DNA of 36,792 bases from Terriglobia bacterium (GTDB taxonomy: Bacteria; Acidobacteriota; Terriglobia; Terriglobales; Acidobacteriaceae), in the NCBI GenBank assembly GCA_041498365.1, contig JBGQIG010000001.1:1-36792 (forward strand), written 5' to 3'. The position numbers and the translations under genes are program-made. Positions within the stretch are counted from its first letter, which is position 1. Every line of letters begins with the position of its first letter. The notes beneath the pieces were generated by a model. The model saw nothing but the letters and a program-made list of their open reading frames with translations. It did not search any database and was not told the origin of the DNA. This document shows, piece after piece, positions 7,313 through 17,216 of this stretch.

Positions 7313-9565
7313 TTACCACAAGGCCATCAGGTCTTCCTGACTGAATACCTGCAACTCCATCCATCCCTCTACCGGAAGCGCGTCTGTGGGGAGGCCGTCT
7401 TGCCAGAGGCTGAATCGCAGGCGCAGTTTGATGACGGTGTTACTCTGGGCACCCTCACCGGTCGCAGCCGTCGGGACGGCCAGCATCCATTCGAGCGGCA
7501 GCTTGAATTCAAAGTTTCGGACCAGGGCTACGGCGACTCGTTCCGATGGCTGATCGGAGGTGGCAAGAGGCTGGTCCGAGTCAGGGAGATTGACCTTCCA
7601 GGTCCGGATCCTGCCTGCTTCCACTCTGACATCGAGGCGCAAAGCGCGCCGTGGCCGCTGACCGTCCGCCCTCCAGGACTCGAGGTTCACCACTAGTTCA
7701 AAGTCCACCCCCGGGACGTTATTCTCGCCAAAATCCAGGCGCCCATAAACAAAAGCCTCGTCGATTCCGGCATAAACCGAGTCGAGCAGGAACTGTTTGC
7801 CGTGCATGGCGCCCGCGCGGCGGTCGGCAGTGTAGACTGCCGCCCCCATCCACTCGAAATAGCGCACCATGTCGCCGGTAATCCGGGGATGAATGTAGGC
7901 CGTCTGAGGCAGAACCGACGGTCGCGTCGTACCGCTCAGGATGGGCTGCGCGAGATAGTCGGGCGGGCGGGCGCCGAGCGCCTGATAAACGTTAGAGAGA
8001 TGTTTGCGGTAAAGTTCATCGAATTCATGATCGTTGGCCGAATGGTGCTCGGGACCGTACCACCAATTCCAGTCGCTGCCCTCGGCGATCAGGATCTCCT
8101 CAAACGCCAGTTGGCGCTGCGCCTCGCTGGCCTCGGAGGCGGCCTGAGCGTAGAAATTGCGCGCGTTGTGGAGGTAGTCCCAGGCACGGTTGTCTTCCTG
8201 AGCGCCAATCCAGACGTTGAAATTGGCGTGAATCCAGGAGCCCGGAACCAGCGACGTGAGCTTGCCAAATTTCTGGTGCCGCTGCACGGCCTCTGAGACC
8301 GTAACCGCCTCCACTCCGGGTTCACGCTGCAGCCCGTCGTAAAAACTACGCAAGAATTCCCGCCCGGATTGAGGATAGTATTCCCACGCATTTTCGCCAT
8401 CCAGAATGATCGGAACCACAGCATCATATCCCTCATCCAGGACGGGCTGGGCCGATTGCTTAATGTTATTCATGAGGTGATTCGCAGCTTCCCGGGGCGG
8501 CATGCCGGAATAAACAAACCCAATCAAGTCCGAGATGGCGTGATCGCGGAAGATCATGTGCATCTGGGTCTGGTCATTCTCGAAGCGATAGATGGTGTAG
8601 AGCTTCGCGGCCAACTCACTCGGCAGGCGCCCATGGCCGTCACGGGCGAAAGAGATGCCCAGGCTTCGGCCCAGTACCTCCTCGTCGGTGGCCATCCATC
8701 TCACGCCCAGACCCTGTGCGATGGCAATCACTTCTTCGGAAACGCTGCCCTCGGAGGGCCAAACGCCCTGGGGACGAACGCCGAATACCTGCTGATGCAA
8801 GTCAAGTCCGCGCTGAAGCTGCTTCCGGGCGTCTTCGGGACGGCGAAATCGGTTCTGCGGCAAAGGTAGCCCCGGTGTGGAAACCGCCCCCACGTTGGTA
8901 TCACAGACCAGCGGAAGGATCGGGTGATAGAAAGGCGAAGCCGAGATCTCGATTTGGCCACGTCTTGCGGCCTCCCCATGGGCGGGCAGGACCTTGCCTA
9001 CCAGTTCCCGCTCGCGACTGATTACGAGGCTCTGGTCTTCGAGCGTATACCCTCGACCCTTTCGAATGAGCTCGGCGATATCGGGATCATCCAGGATAAG
9101 TTCGTCGAACCAGGCAATCTGCGAAAGCACTTGCAGGTCGGCAAAGTCCTGCGGCTGAAAAAATCTCTCGGCGCGTTCGGGTGAGCCGCCCGCAATGCGA
9201 AAGTGTTCCCAGAGCTCGCGGTAGCGCGGATAGCGGCCAATCATGTTTACCGGGTTAGCCTGAAAAAGATACTGCAAGGCAAAACGGCGTTCATCGGGGT
9301 TGAGGTCTTTTGCGGGCTTGGCCGCGACCTCCAGGAACGGATCCCGCGCCGTGCCGTTCACATAGTCCTGGATTTGAGTAATCAACGATGGAACCAGATT
9401 GAAGGTCTGGTGGATGGTGGGAAATTCATCCAGTAATTTGACCATCCCATAGTAGTCTTTGAGCGCATGCAGGCGAACCCAGGGCAGCCGGTACTCGCCG
9501 GAGACCAGGTCTTTGTAGAACGGCTGGTGCTGGTGCCAAAGAACAACGACGCGCAGAACGGGCAT
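7313..9565 (-). CDS. Glycoside hydrolase family 57 alpha-glucan-active enzyme (long form with C-terminal extension)
   Basis: GH57 conserved regions are present: WHQHQPFY, GQIEISASPFYHPILPL, WPSEGSVS (nucleophile Glu), ILDGENAWEY (acid/base Asp). The maximal ORF reaches 9640. I prefer ATG 9565 (MPVLRVVVLWHQHQP) because family conservation begins right there. The start is uncertain. Confidence 0.85.
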   Translation of the reverse strand: MPVLRVVVLWHQHQPFYKDLVSGEYRLPWVRLHALKDYYGMVKLLDEFPTIHQTFNLVPSLITQIQDYVNGTARDPFLEVAAKPAKDLNPDERRFALQYLFQANPVNMIGRYPRYRELWEHFRIAGGSPERAERFFQPQDFADLQVLSQIAWFDELILDDPDIAELIRKGRGYTLEDQSLVISRERELVGKVLPAHGEAARRGQIEISASPFYHPILPLVCDTNVGAVSTPGLPLPQNRFRRPEDARKQLQRGLDLHQQVFGVRPQGVWPSEGSVSEEVIAIAQGLGVRWMATDEEVLGRSLGISFARDGHGRLPSELAAKLYTIYRFENDQTQMHMIFRDHAISDLIGFVYSGMPPREAANHLMNNIKQSAQPVLDEGYDAVVPIILDGENAWEYYPQSGREFLRSFYDGLQREPGVEAVTVSEAVQRHQKFGKLTSLVPGSWIHANFNVWIGAQEDNRAWDYLHNARNFYAQAASEASEAQRQLAFEEILIAEGSDWNWWYGPEHHSANDHEFDELYRKHLSNVYQALGARPPDYLAQPILSGTTRPSVLPQTAYIHPRITGDMVRYFEWMGAAVYTADRRAGAMHGKQFLLDSVYAGIDEAFVYGRLDFGENNVPGVDFELVVNLESWRADGQRPRRALRLDVRVEAGRIRTWKVNLPDSDQPLATSDQPSERVAVALVRNFEFKLPLEWMLAVPTAATGEGAQSNTVIKLRLRFSLWQDGLPTDALPVEGWMELQVFSQEDLMALW

Positions 9566-9661
9566 GAGATTCCCGGATCGAAGGTGGAAGTCTAGCAGGG
9601 TCGCCGGGACCCGCGCGATATCACCGAAAGTCCGGTACACTAGGTGGGCATTACTTTAGTG

Positions 9662-11599
9662 ATGGCCAAGCAAACTACACCCACATTGGCGCAGCCTCCC
9701 CGCAGCGACGCCAGCCTGCTGACAGAGCAGGATTTCCATCTATTCAACGAAGGCACTCATTACCGGATCTACAACAAGCTGGGCGCACACATCACCATAG
9801 ACGACGGAAGGCCGGGAACGTGCTTTGGAGTTTGGGCGCCGAATGCCAGCTCCGTGTCCGTGGTAGGCGATTTCAACGGCTGGGACATCCAATCCCATCC
9901 GCTGCGGGCGCGCGGGAGTTCCGGCATCTGGGAAGGATTTGTGGCCGGAGTCGGCAAGGGCGCGTTGTACAAGTTCCACATCGTTTCCCATAATCAGGGA
10001 CACGTCGGCGATAAAGCCGATCCCTTTGGCTTCCTCCACGAGAATCCGCCGCGCACGGCGTCGGTGGTGTGGGATCTCGAATATCAGTGGGCCGACCGGG
10101 AGTGGATGGAAACGCGCGCCCAAAAAGACTCTCTACAGGCGCCCATCTCCATCTACGAAGTTCATCTGGGTTCCTGGATGCGGGTTCCGGAAGAGGACAA
10201 CCGGCCGCTGACTTACCGTGAGACGGCGCCGCTTTTGGCCGAATATGCGCAGCGCATGAACTTTACCCACGTGGAACTGTTGCCCATCATGGAACATCCG
10301 TTCTACGGTTCGTGGGGCTATCAAACTACGGGATATTTCGCGCCCACGTCGCGCTATGGGACGCCACAGGATTTCATGTACCTGGTGGACTATCTGCACC
10401 AGCACCGGATTGGGGTGATTCTCGATTGGGTGCCGTCGCACTTCCCTTCGGACGCGCATGGGCTGGCGTACTTCGACGGCACGCATCTGTTCGAACACGC
10501 CGATACGCGCAAGGGTTTTCACCCTGACTGGAAGACCTTCATCTTCAACTACGGCCGCAACGAGGTCCGCAGCTTTCTTCTCGCCAGCGGCATGTTCTGG
10601 TTTGACAAATATCATATTGACGGTTTGCGCGTGGACGCCGTCGCTTCCATGCTCTATCTCGACTATTCGCGAAAGGCTGGCGAATGGATTCCCAACAAGT
10701 ACGGCGGACGGGAAAATCTGGAAGCCATCGATTTTCTGCGCCAATTCAACACTGAAGCCTATAAGGAGTATCCCGGGATCCAGACCATCGCGGAAGAATC
10801 GACTGCGTGGCCCATGGTGTCGCGGCCAACCTATATCGGCGGGCTGGGTTTCGGCATGAAGTGGGACATGGGCTGGATGCATGACACGCTGGCGTACTTC
10901 TCCCAGGATCCCATCCATCGCCGCTTCCATCACAACCAGCTCACCTTCCGCATGCTCTATGGTTTCACAGAAAATTTTGTTCTGCCCCTTTCTCATGATG
11001 AGGTGGTTCACGGCAAGGGTTCGCTGATCGGCAAGATGCCGGGAGACGAGTGGCAGAAGTTCGCCAATCTGCGGCTGCTGTTCGGATACATGTATGCCCA
11101 GCCCGGTAAGAAGATGCTCTTCATGGGCTGCGAATTCGGTCAGGTGCGGGAGTGGGCGCACGACACCAGTCTGGAATGGCATGTCCTGCAGTACCCGGTG
11201 CACCGGGGCGTGCAGGGCTGGGTCGCGCAATTGAACCAGGTTTATCGTGAGCAGGCCGCCCTGCACCAACTCGATAGCGATCCCGCCGGATTCGAATGGG
11301 TGGACTGCAATGACACGGCGGCCAGCGTTATTTCCCTGCTACGCAAAGGCAGATCGCCCGCGGACCAGGTCGTGATCGTATGCAACTTCACCCCGGTGCC
11401 GCGGCAAGGATATCGTGTGGGAGTGCCGTCCGGCGGATTCTGGCGCGAAATTTTGAACAGCGACGCCGAGGAATACGGGGGCAGCGGTATGGGCAACCTG
11501 GGAGGCGTCCACGCGGAGCCGCAACCCACCCATGGACGCCCCTTCTCGTTGAGTCTGACGCTGCCACCACTAGCCGCTGTCTTCCTGAAACCCGAATAG
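9662..11599 (+). CDS. glgB: 1,4-alpha-glucan branching enzyme (GH13)
   Basis: GH13 regions I-IV are present: [38 protein letters not shown]. An N-terminal CBM48-like segment is also present. The track ORF starts at GTG 9644; ATG 9662 (MAKQTT...) is the likelier start. Confidence 0.95.
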   Translation: MAKQTTPTLAQPPRSDASLLTEQDFHLFNEGTHYRIYNKLGAHITIDDGRPGTCFGVWAPNASSVSVVGDFNGWDIQSHPLRARGSSGIWEGFVAGVGKGALYKFHIVSHNQGHVGDKADPFGFLHENPPRTASVVWDLEYQWADREWMETRAQKDSLQAPISIYEVHLGSWMRVPEEDNRPLTYRETAPLLAEYAQRMNFTHVELLPIMEHPFYGSWGYQTTGYFAPTSRYGTPQDFMYLVDYLHQHRIGVILDWVPSHFPSDAHGLAYFDGTHLFEHADTRKGFHPDWKTFIFNYGRNEVRSFLLASGMFWFDKYHIDGLRVDAVASMLYLDYSRKAGEWIPNKYGGRENLEAIDFLRQFNTEAYKEYPGIQTIAEESTAWPMVSRPTYIGGLGFGMKWDMGWMHDTLAYFSQDPIHRRFHHNQLTFRMLYGFTENFVLPLSHDEVVHGKGSLIGKMPGDEWQKFANLRLLFGYMYAQPGKKMLFMGCEFGQVREWAHDTSLEWHVLQYPVHRGVQGWVAQLNQVYREQAALHQLDSDPAGFEWVDCNDTAASVISLLRKGRSPADQVVIVCNFTPVPRQGYRVGVPSGGFWREILNSDAEEYGGSGMGNLGGVHAEPQPTHGRPFSLSLTLPPLAAVFLKPE

Positions 11600-11847
11600 C
11601 CCGCCGACGTTACGATCCAAAATCACAGCCAGCGAGACGTGGCATACAAGGAAAGGGCTCCCGTTGCGCCAACGCGGATCCGCGACTACCCGTGCTATTC
11701 TGCCCTTAGCGGGCAGCGGAGAAATTCGCGCAAGCGATGAAAGCAGCTTGGGCGCTCCGTTGTTGGGTGGAGCAGCGCTTTAGCGCTGCATTCGACGCTC
11801 GTTTCGACGGCGGCTTCAGCCGCTGAGGTTCCGCTTCAGTCACCTCC

Positions 11848-14178
11848 ATGCGCATTCTGACGCGCTACATCCTGAGCGAGGTCATTTCCCACGCCGCCAT
11901 CGGCGTCGCGGTGTTCACCTTTGTGCTGTTTACGCGGGACCTGGGCCATATTCTTGACCTCGTGGTACGGAATAGCGCGCCTGTGCCCAGCGTGCTGCAG
12001 ATCTTTCTATTCACCCTTCCTGTTGCTTTCGCTTACACGATTCCCATGGGCGTGCTGGTCGGCATTCTGATCGGATTGAGCCGCCTTGCCGCGGACAGCG
12101 AAATCACAGCCATGCGGGCCAGTGGTATCGGGGTGTGGACGTTCTTGCGGATCGTTTCCACCTTTGCCGTGGCCGCCTGGATGCTGGCCCTGTTCAATGC
12201 CGTGTATCTGGCGCCGGCAGCGCAAGCGGCGCTGGGCCGACTCGAAGACCGGCTGAAGGCTTCACAGGTGTCCTTCGAAGTGCAGCCGCGAGTTTTCTAT
12301 GAGGGTTTCCCCAAGCTTGTGCTCTACGTTCAGGATGTAAAGACCGCACAGGGTGCTGCCATCTGGAAAGGCGTTTTCATCGCCGATATCAGTACCCCGG
12401 CGGCGCCCCGCATCACACTGGCCCGGCAAGGCGTTCTGGTCAGCGAAGGGCCGCAGCTGTTGCACCTTCATTTGACTGACGGGGCCACGCACGAAACTGA
12501 TTCCGCCTCCGCTGACCATTATCAGATCTCGACTTTCGAGCAGACGGATATACCGATTCCGCTCCCGCAAGCCGATAACAAGGACCAGGAACCTGCGCCG
12601 GCGGCGCAACTGTCCACGGGCGAGCTGAGAGCCCAGGCTGGCAGAGTCAACAAATATGCCGCTCCCTGGTACCTCATCGAGTTCCACCGCCGCTTCGCTC
12701 TGCCGACCTCGTGCCTGGTCTTGGCTCTGGTTGGAATTCCACTGGGGCTGTCGTCGAAAAAGGGCGGCAAGTCGGCGGGATTTGTCCTCACCATTCTGTT
12801 GGTGTTCGCTTACTACTCGGTGACCCTGATAGGAGTTTCGCTGGCTCGCCAGGGGAAGGTGCCCCCTGCCCTCGGCGCGTGGCTGGCAAATATCGTTTTT
12901 TCCCTGTGCGGCGCGTTTCTGTTGTGGCGCGCGGAACGCCGTCCTTTTGAGATCGCTTCTTTTCGTGCCCGCTGGAACCCACTGAAAGCACGACTGGCCG
13001 AAAGCGGCAAGAACCTGATCCGCTTCAACCGGCCCGAAGACGCTTTCCAGAGGGCGGTCAGCCGACGCCGGGTGTTCAGCGCCAGTTTTCCGATGATTCT
13101 GGACGACTATGTGCTGCGGGATTTCTTCCTCTATCTGACCATGATCCTGGCGTCGTTCCTCATGTTATTGCAAGTGTTCACGCTGTTTGAGTTGCTGGGA
13201 GATATCTTGCGCAACCGAATTTCGCCACTGGTGGTGGGCGAATATCTGCTGACCGTCGCGCCTTTTTTTCTGTATAACATCACGCACCTGAGCATTCTGC
13301 TGGCTGTGCTGGTCACTCTGGGGCTGATGCAACGGGCCAACGAAATTACCGCAATCAAGGCCACCGGCATCAGCATTTATCGAGTGATCGTGCCTATCCT
13401 GGTGGTTTCTATGCTACTGGCAAGCGGCCTGTTTTTCTTCGACCAGTTTTATCTTCCCCGCGCCAACAAACGGCAAGATGCACTGCGTAACCTGATCAAG
13501 GGCAAACCGGCCCAGACATATCTGAATCCCGACCGCAAGTGGATCTTCGGGCAGCATTCCAGCATTTACTATTACCAGCTGTTCGATCCCGACCGGAACC
13601 AGTTCGGCAATCTCTCGGTATTTCAGTTTGACCCGGCGACTTTCCTGCTGACCAACCGGGTTTACGCCGACCAGGCGCACTGGGAGGAACGGCTGCAGCG
13701 CTGGGTTTGTACCCAGGGATGGGAACGCAGTGTAAGCGGTTCCGCCATCGCGGACTACCGCACTTTCGACGTAGCTACATTTGCCGGCATCAGTGAGCCA
13801 CCCGGCTATTTCAAGAAAGAAGTGCGGCAGTCTTCCGAAATGAATTACGAAGAGCTGCGGCGCTACATTCGCGACCTGCAGCAGAGCGGCTTCGACGTAG
13901 TACGGCTCCAGGTCCAGCTACAGGAAAAACTGGCGTTCCCGCTCAATACTCTCATCATGGCCGTGCTGGCCATTCCGTTCGCGCTGGCTGCCGGGAAACG
14001 AGGCGCGATTGCAGGCGTGGCTACGGCGGTGGGCATCGGGTTGCTGTATATCACGGTCTCGCGCCTGTCCGAGTCCATGGGAAACGTCAGCCAGTTGCCA
14101 CCGGTCCTGGCAGCCTGGGCCCCCGATGTGATTTTCGGATTAGCCGGCGGATATTTGATCCTGAAAGTGCCCACGTAG
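11848..14178 (+). CDS. Fused LptF/LptG-type (YjgP/YjgQ family) LPS export permease, two modules in one 776-aa polypeptide
   Basis: Module 1 spans residues 1 to ~365 and starts MRILTRYILSEV. An ~45-aa basic linker follows. Module 2 starts near residue 413 (FPMILDDYVLRDFFLYLTMIL, ATG 13093 in frame). Each module has the 3 TM - periplasmic beta-jellyroll - 3 TM layout. No stop codon separates them. Confidence 0.85.
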   Translation: MRILTRYILSEVISHAAIGVAVFTFVLFTRDLGHILDLVVRNSAPVPSVLQIFLFTLPVAFAYTIPMGVLVGILIGLSRLAADSEITAMRASGIGVWTFLRIVSTFAVAAWMLALFNAVYLAPAAQAALGRLEDRLKASQVSFEVQPRVFYEGFPKLVLYVQDVKTAQGAAIWKGVFIADISTPAAPRITLARQGVLVSEGPQLLHLHLTDGATHETDSASADHYQISTFEQTDIPIPLPQADNKDQEPAPAAQLSTGELRAQAGRVNKYAAPWYLIEFHRRFALPTSCLVLALVGIPLGLSSKKGGKSAGFVLTILLVFAYYSVTLIGVSLARQGKVPPALGAWLANIVFSLCGAFLLWRAERRPFEIASFRARWNPLKARLAESGKNLIRFNRPEDAFQRAVSRRRVFSASFPMILDDYVLRDFFLYLTMILASFLMLLQVFTLFELLGDILRNRISPLVVGEYLLTVAPFFLYNITHLSILLAVLVTLGLMQRANEITAIKATGISIYRVIVPILVVSMLLASGLFFFDQFYLPRANKRQDALRNLIKGKPAQTYLNPDRKWIFGQHSSIYYYQLFDPDRNQFGNLSVFQFDPATFLLTNRVYADQAHWEERLQRWVCTQGWERSVSGSAIADYRTFDVATFAGISEPPGYFKKEVRQSSEMNYEELRRYIRDLQQSGFDVVRLQVQLQEKLAFPLNTLIMAVLAIPFALAAGKRGAIAGVATAVGIGLLYITVSRLSESMGNVSQLPPVLAAWAPDVIFGLAGGYLILKVPT

Positions 14179-14271
14179 GACCTGAATAGCCCGCTTGACC
14201 GCAGCTATGGGCAAGCGTAGCCTCGCGTGGGAAATCTCTGCATTTGCCCTCGCACCCGAAGGAGGCTGCGT

Positions 14272-14829
14272 ATGGTTGCTCTCACCGCTCTTTGGCTTCC
14301 AATCCTGTTGGCGGCTATCATCGTCTTTGTGGCCAGCGCCATCATGCACACAGTGCTGCCCTACCACCAAAGCGACTGCAAGCCGCTCCCCGATGAGGGG
14401 AAGGTTCTGGGCGCGCTGCGCGCCGCGGGCCTGAAGCCGGGTTACTACCATTTCCCTTTTTGCTTGCCTAAAGAAATGAAGTCGCCCGCCATGATGGAAA
14501 AGTACAAGCAGGGACCGGTTGGAGTGATGACTGTGTTGCCTAGTGGCCCGCCCGCCATGCCGAAATTGCTTGCGATGTGGTTTGTCTATTGCTTGATTAT
14601 CGGCTTTTTCGTCGCCTATCTGACCGGGCGTACGGTTGCGCCGGGCGCGAACTATCTGGCCGTGTTTCGCGTCGCTGGCACGGTGGCCTTCCTCGCCTAC
14701 GGTCTGGGACAGCTGAGCAACGGAATCTGGAAGGGGCAGCCGTGGGGCATGACCATCAAGGAAGTCATCGATGGACTCGTCTACGGCTTGCTGACCGCAG
14801 GCACATTTGGCTGGCTTTGGCCTCGATAA
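14272..14829 (+). CDS. Hypothetical integral membrane protein (about 4 TM segments)
   Basis: GGAGG at 14260-14264 precedes ATG 14272, inside track ORF 14227..14829. Hydrophobic segments include LWLPILLAAIIVFVASAIM, LLAMWFVYCLIIGFFVAYL, VAGTVAFLAYGLG and LVYGLLTAGTFGWLW. The opposite-strand ORF 14140..14844 is Arg/His-rich and was rejected. Confidence 0.7.
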   Translation: MVALTALWLPILLAAIIVFVASAIMHTVLPYHQSDCKPLPDEGKVLGALRAAGLKPGYYHFPFCLPKEMKSPAMMEKYKQGPVGVMTVLPSGPPAMPKLLAMWFVYCLIIGFFVAYLTGRTVAPGANYLAVFRVAGTVAFLAYGLGQLSNGIWKGQPWGMTIKEVIDGLVYGLLTAGTFGWLWPR

Positions 14830-14946
14830 AAACTGGCTGGTCACTTTGAATCCTCATCGGGCGGGCGGTTTGCGGCCCCGCTTGGCTTGAACCACGCCTG
14901 AAACGCTAAAGAATCACCGTCAGCAGTGAAAACGGAGCAAGCAACA

Positions 14947-15735
14947 ATGATCGTTATCGGCGATGAACACGTGGAACTTTCTACCCCTTACGGACCGATG
15001 CGGACTCACATTGTCCGGCCGGCAGCGCCGGGCAAGTATCCCGGAATCGTTTTCTTTACCGAGATTTTCCAGGTGACCGGGCCCATCCGCAGAACCGCTG
15101 CAATGCTTGCGGGGCATGGATACATCGTTGCCATCCCGGAGATCTATCACGAGTTTGAAGCCGCCGGGACGGTACTGGCGTATGACCAGGCCGGTTCCGA
15201 CCGCGGAAATGTGCTGAAGACGACCAAAGAGCTCGCGAGCTTCGACGCGGACGCACGCGCGGTGCTCGACCATCTGAAGTCACGCCCGGATTGCACCGGT
15301 CATCTGGGAGCGTTGGGCATTTGCATCGGGGGTCACCTCGCGTTCCGCGCGGCCATGAATCCCGAGGTGCTGGGGACCGCATGCTTCTATGCAACCGACA
15401 TCCATAAGTGCAGCCTGGGCAAAGGTATGAAGGACGATTCGCTGCACCGTGCGAAGGACATCACGGGCGAGTTGCTGATGATGTGGGGCCGCCAGGACCC
15501 GCACATTCCCTTGGAAGGTCGCATGAAGGTGCTGGCCCGATTGAATGAGGTGAACGCGAAGTTCAGCTGGCATGAGGTGAACGGCGCTCACGCCTTCATG
15601 CGTGACGAGGGTGTCCGCTATGACCCTGAACTGGCATATCAGCTCTACGGGCTGGTCTTTGATTTCTTTCATCGCCGATTGGGTTACGGCGATTTACCAG
15701 TGCAGCTCGCGGGTGCAGGTGAGACGAAACACTAG
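14947..15735 (+). CDS. Dienelactone hydrolase family protein
   Basis: The alpha/beta-hydrolase has the DLH-type nucleophile elbow G-I-C-I-G-G (LGALGICIGGHLAF) and a C-terminal His region (NGAHAF). GGAG lies 10 nt upstream of ATG 14947. The track start GTG 14926 is also possible. Confidence 0.85.
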   Translation: MIVIGDEHVELSTPYGPMRTHIVRPAAPGKYPGIVFFTEIFQVTGPIRRTAAMLAGHGYIVAIPEIYHEFEAAGTVLAYDQAGSDRGNVLKTTKELASFDADARAVLDHLKSRPDCTGHLGALGICIGGHLAFRAAMNPEVLGTACFYATDIHKCSLGKGMKDDSLHRAKDITGELLMMWGRQDPHIPLEGRMKVLARLNEVNAKFSWHEVNGAHAFMRDEGVRYDPELAYQLYGLVFDFFHRRLGYGDLPVQLAGAGETKH

Positions 15736-15867
15736 CGGACTCCGGGTCGTCGCGGGAGTTACTGCCCCACGAGTTTCAGAAGTGATCCACTTTCCAGTGG
15801 CGGACTGCTGAAGAACTCATAGGTGGGGTCACTACGGTATCGGGAGGATTGGAAAGCCGAGCAGGAA

Positions 15868-17049
15868 CTATCTTGCCGCCACTGCCGAGGGCTGTCCCCC
15901 GCTGCTCACGGGCGAGTCTACCTGGCCCAGCGTGCCAACGGTCGAATCAAAGCTGTAGACTGAAATCGAGGACGATCCGAGATTCGCTACATACAGAAAG
16001 TCCGTGCTGCCGCCGGTACCCGCAACGATTGTGGTTCCCTTTCGAACCGTTGCCCAAACGGGATTGGCTCCAGTTGATATCGTCGCTTGCGTATTTGCCG
16101 TCAACGCTCCAGTTCCCGTACTGATCTTGAGTTGTGAAACCTGGTTGGACAGCCGATTGACCACAAAGAGAAATTTTCCGTCTGAGGTAGCGACGATCGC
16201 AGCCGGACCCAGACCAACTGAGAACGGAGAGCCGGTAACGGGAGTGAGACTGCCGTCCGGACTGGTTGAATTGCTGCAGCTGATCAAGACCTGGTTGCAC
16301 ACGGCGAAGGCCGACACATTGCTCGAGCCGGAGTTGGCCACGTAGAGAAAGCCGCCGTCGGGAGTTATCGCCAGCGCCGAAGGTGCGGTTCCGACCGGAA
16401 TCGCGAGTTGCCGGGTCAGGATTCCGGACGCGTTCACCGAAAATTGCGTCACCGTGTTGTCGAACTGATTGGCCACGTATAGAAATTTCCCGTCGGGCGT
16501 TACCGCTACCGCCGATGGCCCCGTCCCAAAGGCCGCGCCAGGCGCGGCGGTAGGAAACGGCGTGGCGGATACGGGGTTGAGAGTCGTATCCTGAACCGAA
16601 AAAACCGAGATGGTACCGGAAGCTGGATCGCTCTGCTGCCCCTGATTGGCCACGAAAAGGAAATGCCCCGCCGCGTCCATGGCCATGCCTACGGGGGTCA
16701 TTCCTGTCGCCGGGGTTCCGCTGGCCGGGCTAAGGGCAACATCCGGCTGTACCGTGTAAGCGGAAATTGTGTTCGCGGCGCTATTGCTGACGAAAAGCGC
16801 ATTCCCGGAAGGCGCCATGATCATTGCCGAAGGCACCGAACCGGTGGCCACCCCATGCCCAGCCGTCGAGAGCCTTCCGCCGCTCAGATCGATGGTGAAA
16901 CCCGAAACCAGGGAGTCTCCCTGAGTAGCCACAAACAGAGCGCCGGAGCTCGAAGAACCTGTTGAATTGCTGCTACTTGAGCAGGCGCTCAAACCAAGCA
17001 GCGAAACCGTAACCAGCAACGCTGCCAGGCAACGACACCTCGTCCCCAT
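15868..17049 (-). CDS. Lipoprotein, 7-bladed beta-propeller lactonase-like family
   Basis: Lipobox LLGLSAC follows a signal sequence and a Ser-rich linker. Blade motifs recur: LFVATQGD, LFVSNSAAN, FLFVANQGQ, FLYVANQFDN, FLYVANSGSS, FLFVVNRLSN, FLYVANLGSS. The start was moved to ATG 17049, which is preceded by AGGGAGAAAGA. Confidence 0.8.
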   Translation of the reverse strand: MGTRCRCLAALLVTVSLLGLSACSSSSNSTGSSSSGALFVATQGDSLVSGFTIDLSGGRLSTAGHGVATGSVPSAMIMAPSGNALFVSNSAANTISAYTVQPDVALSPASGTPATGMTPVGMAMDAAGHFLFVANQGQQSDPASGTISVFSVQDTTLNPVSATPFPTAAPGAAFGTGPSAVAVTPDGKFLYVANQFDNTVTQFSVNASGILTRQLAIPVGTAPSALAITPDGGFLYVANSGSSNVSAFAVCNQVLISCSNSTSPDGSLTPVTGSPFSVGLGPAAIVATSDGKFLFVVNRLSNQVSQLKISTGTGALTANTQATISTGANPVWATVRKGTTIVAGTGGSTDFLYVANLGSSSISVYSFDSTVGTLGQVDSPVSSGGQPSAVAAR

Positions 17050-17216
17050 TCTTTCTCCCTGTCCTCTCTCAGGTTCCCGACCCGCCATACACCATACCTG
17101 CCGACAGATCGAGGTCCAACCGTACCTTCATTTGTGTATCAGGAATATCCGGTAAGAGCAAACCGCGCTGCCTGGTTGGAACCAGCATGTGAAAAGAAAG
17201 TTGCCTGTCGATTCTT

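Noticed and set aside
14140-14844. 234-aa minus-strand ORF competing with the plus-strand membrane protein 14272..14829
   Set aside because: The plus-strand ORF has a strong GGAGG SD and four clean hydrophobic helices. The minus-strand translation is Arg/His/Gln-rich with no structure-like pattern.
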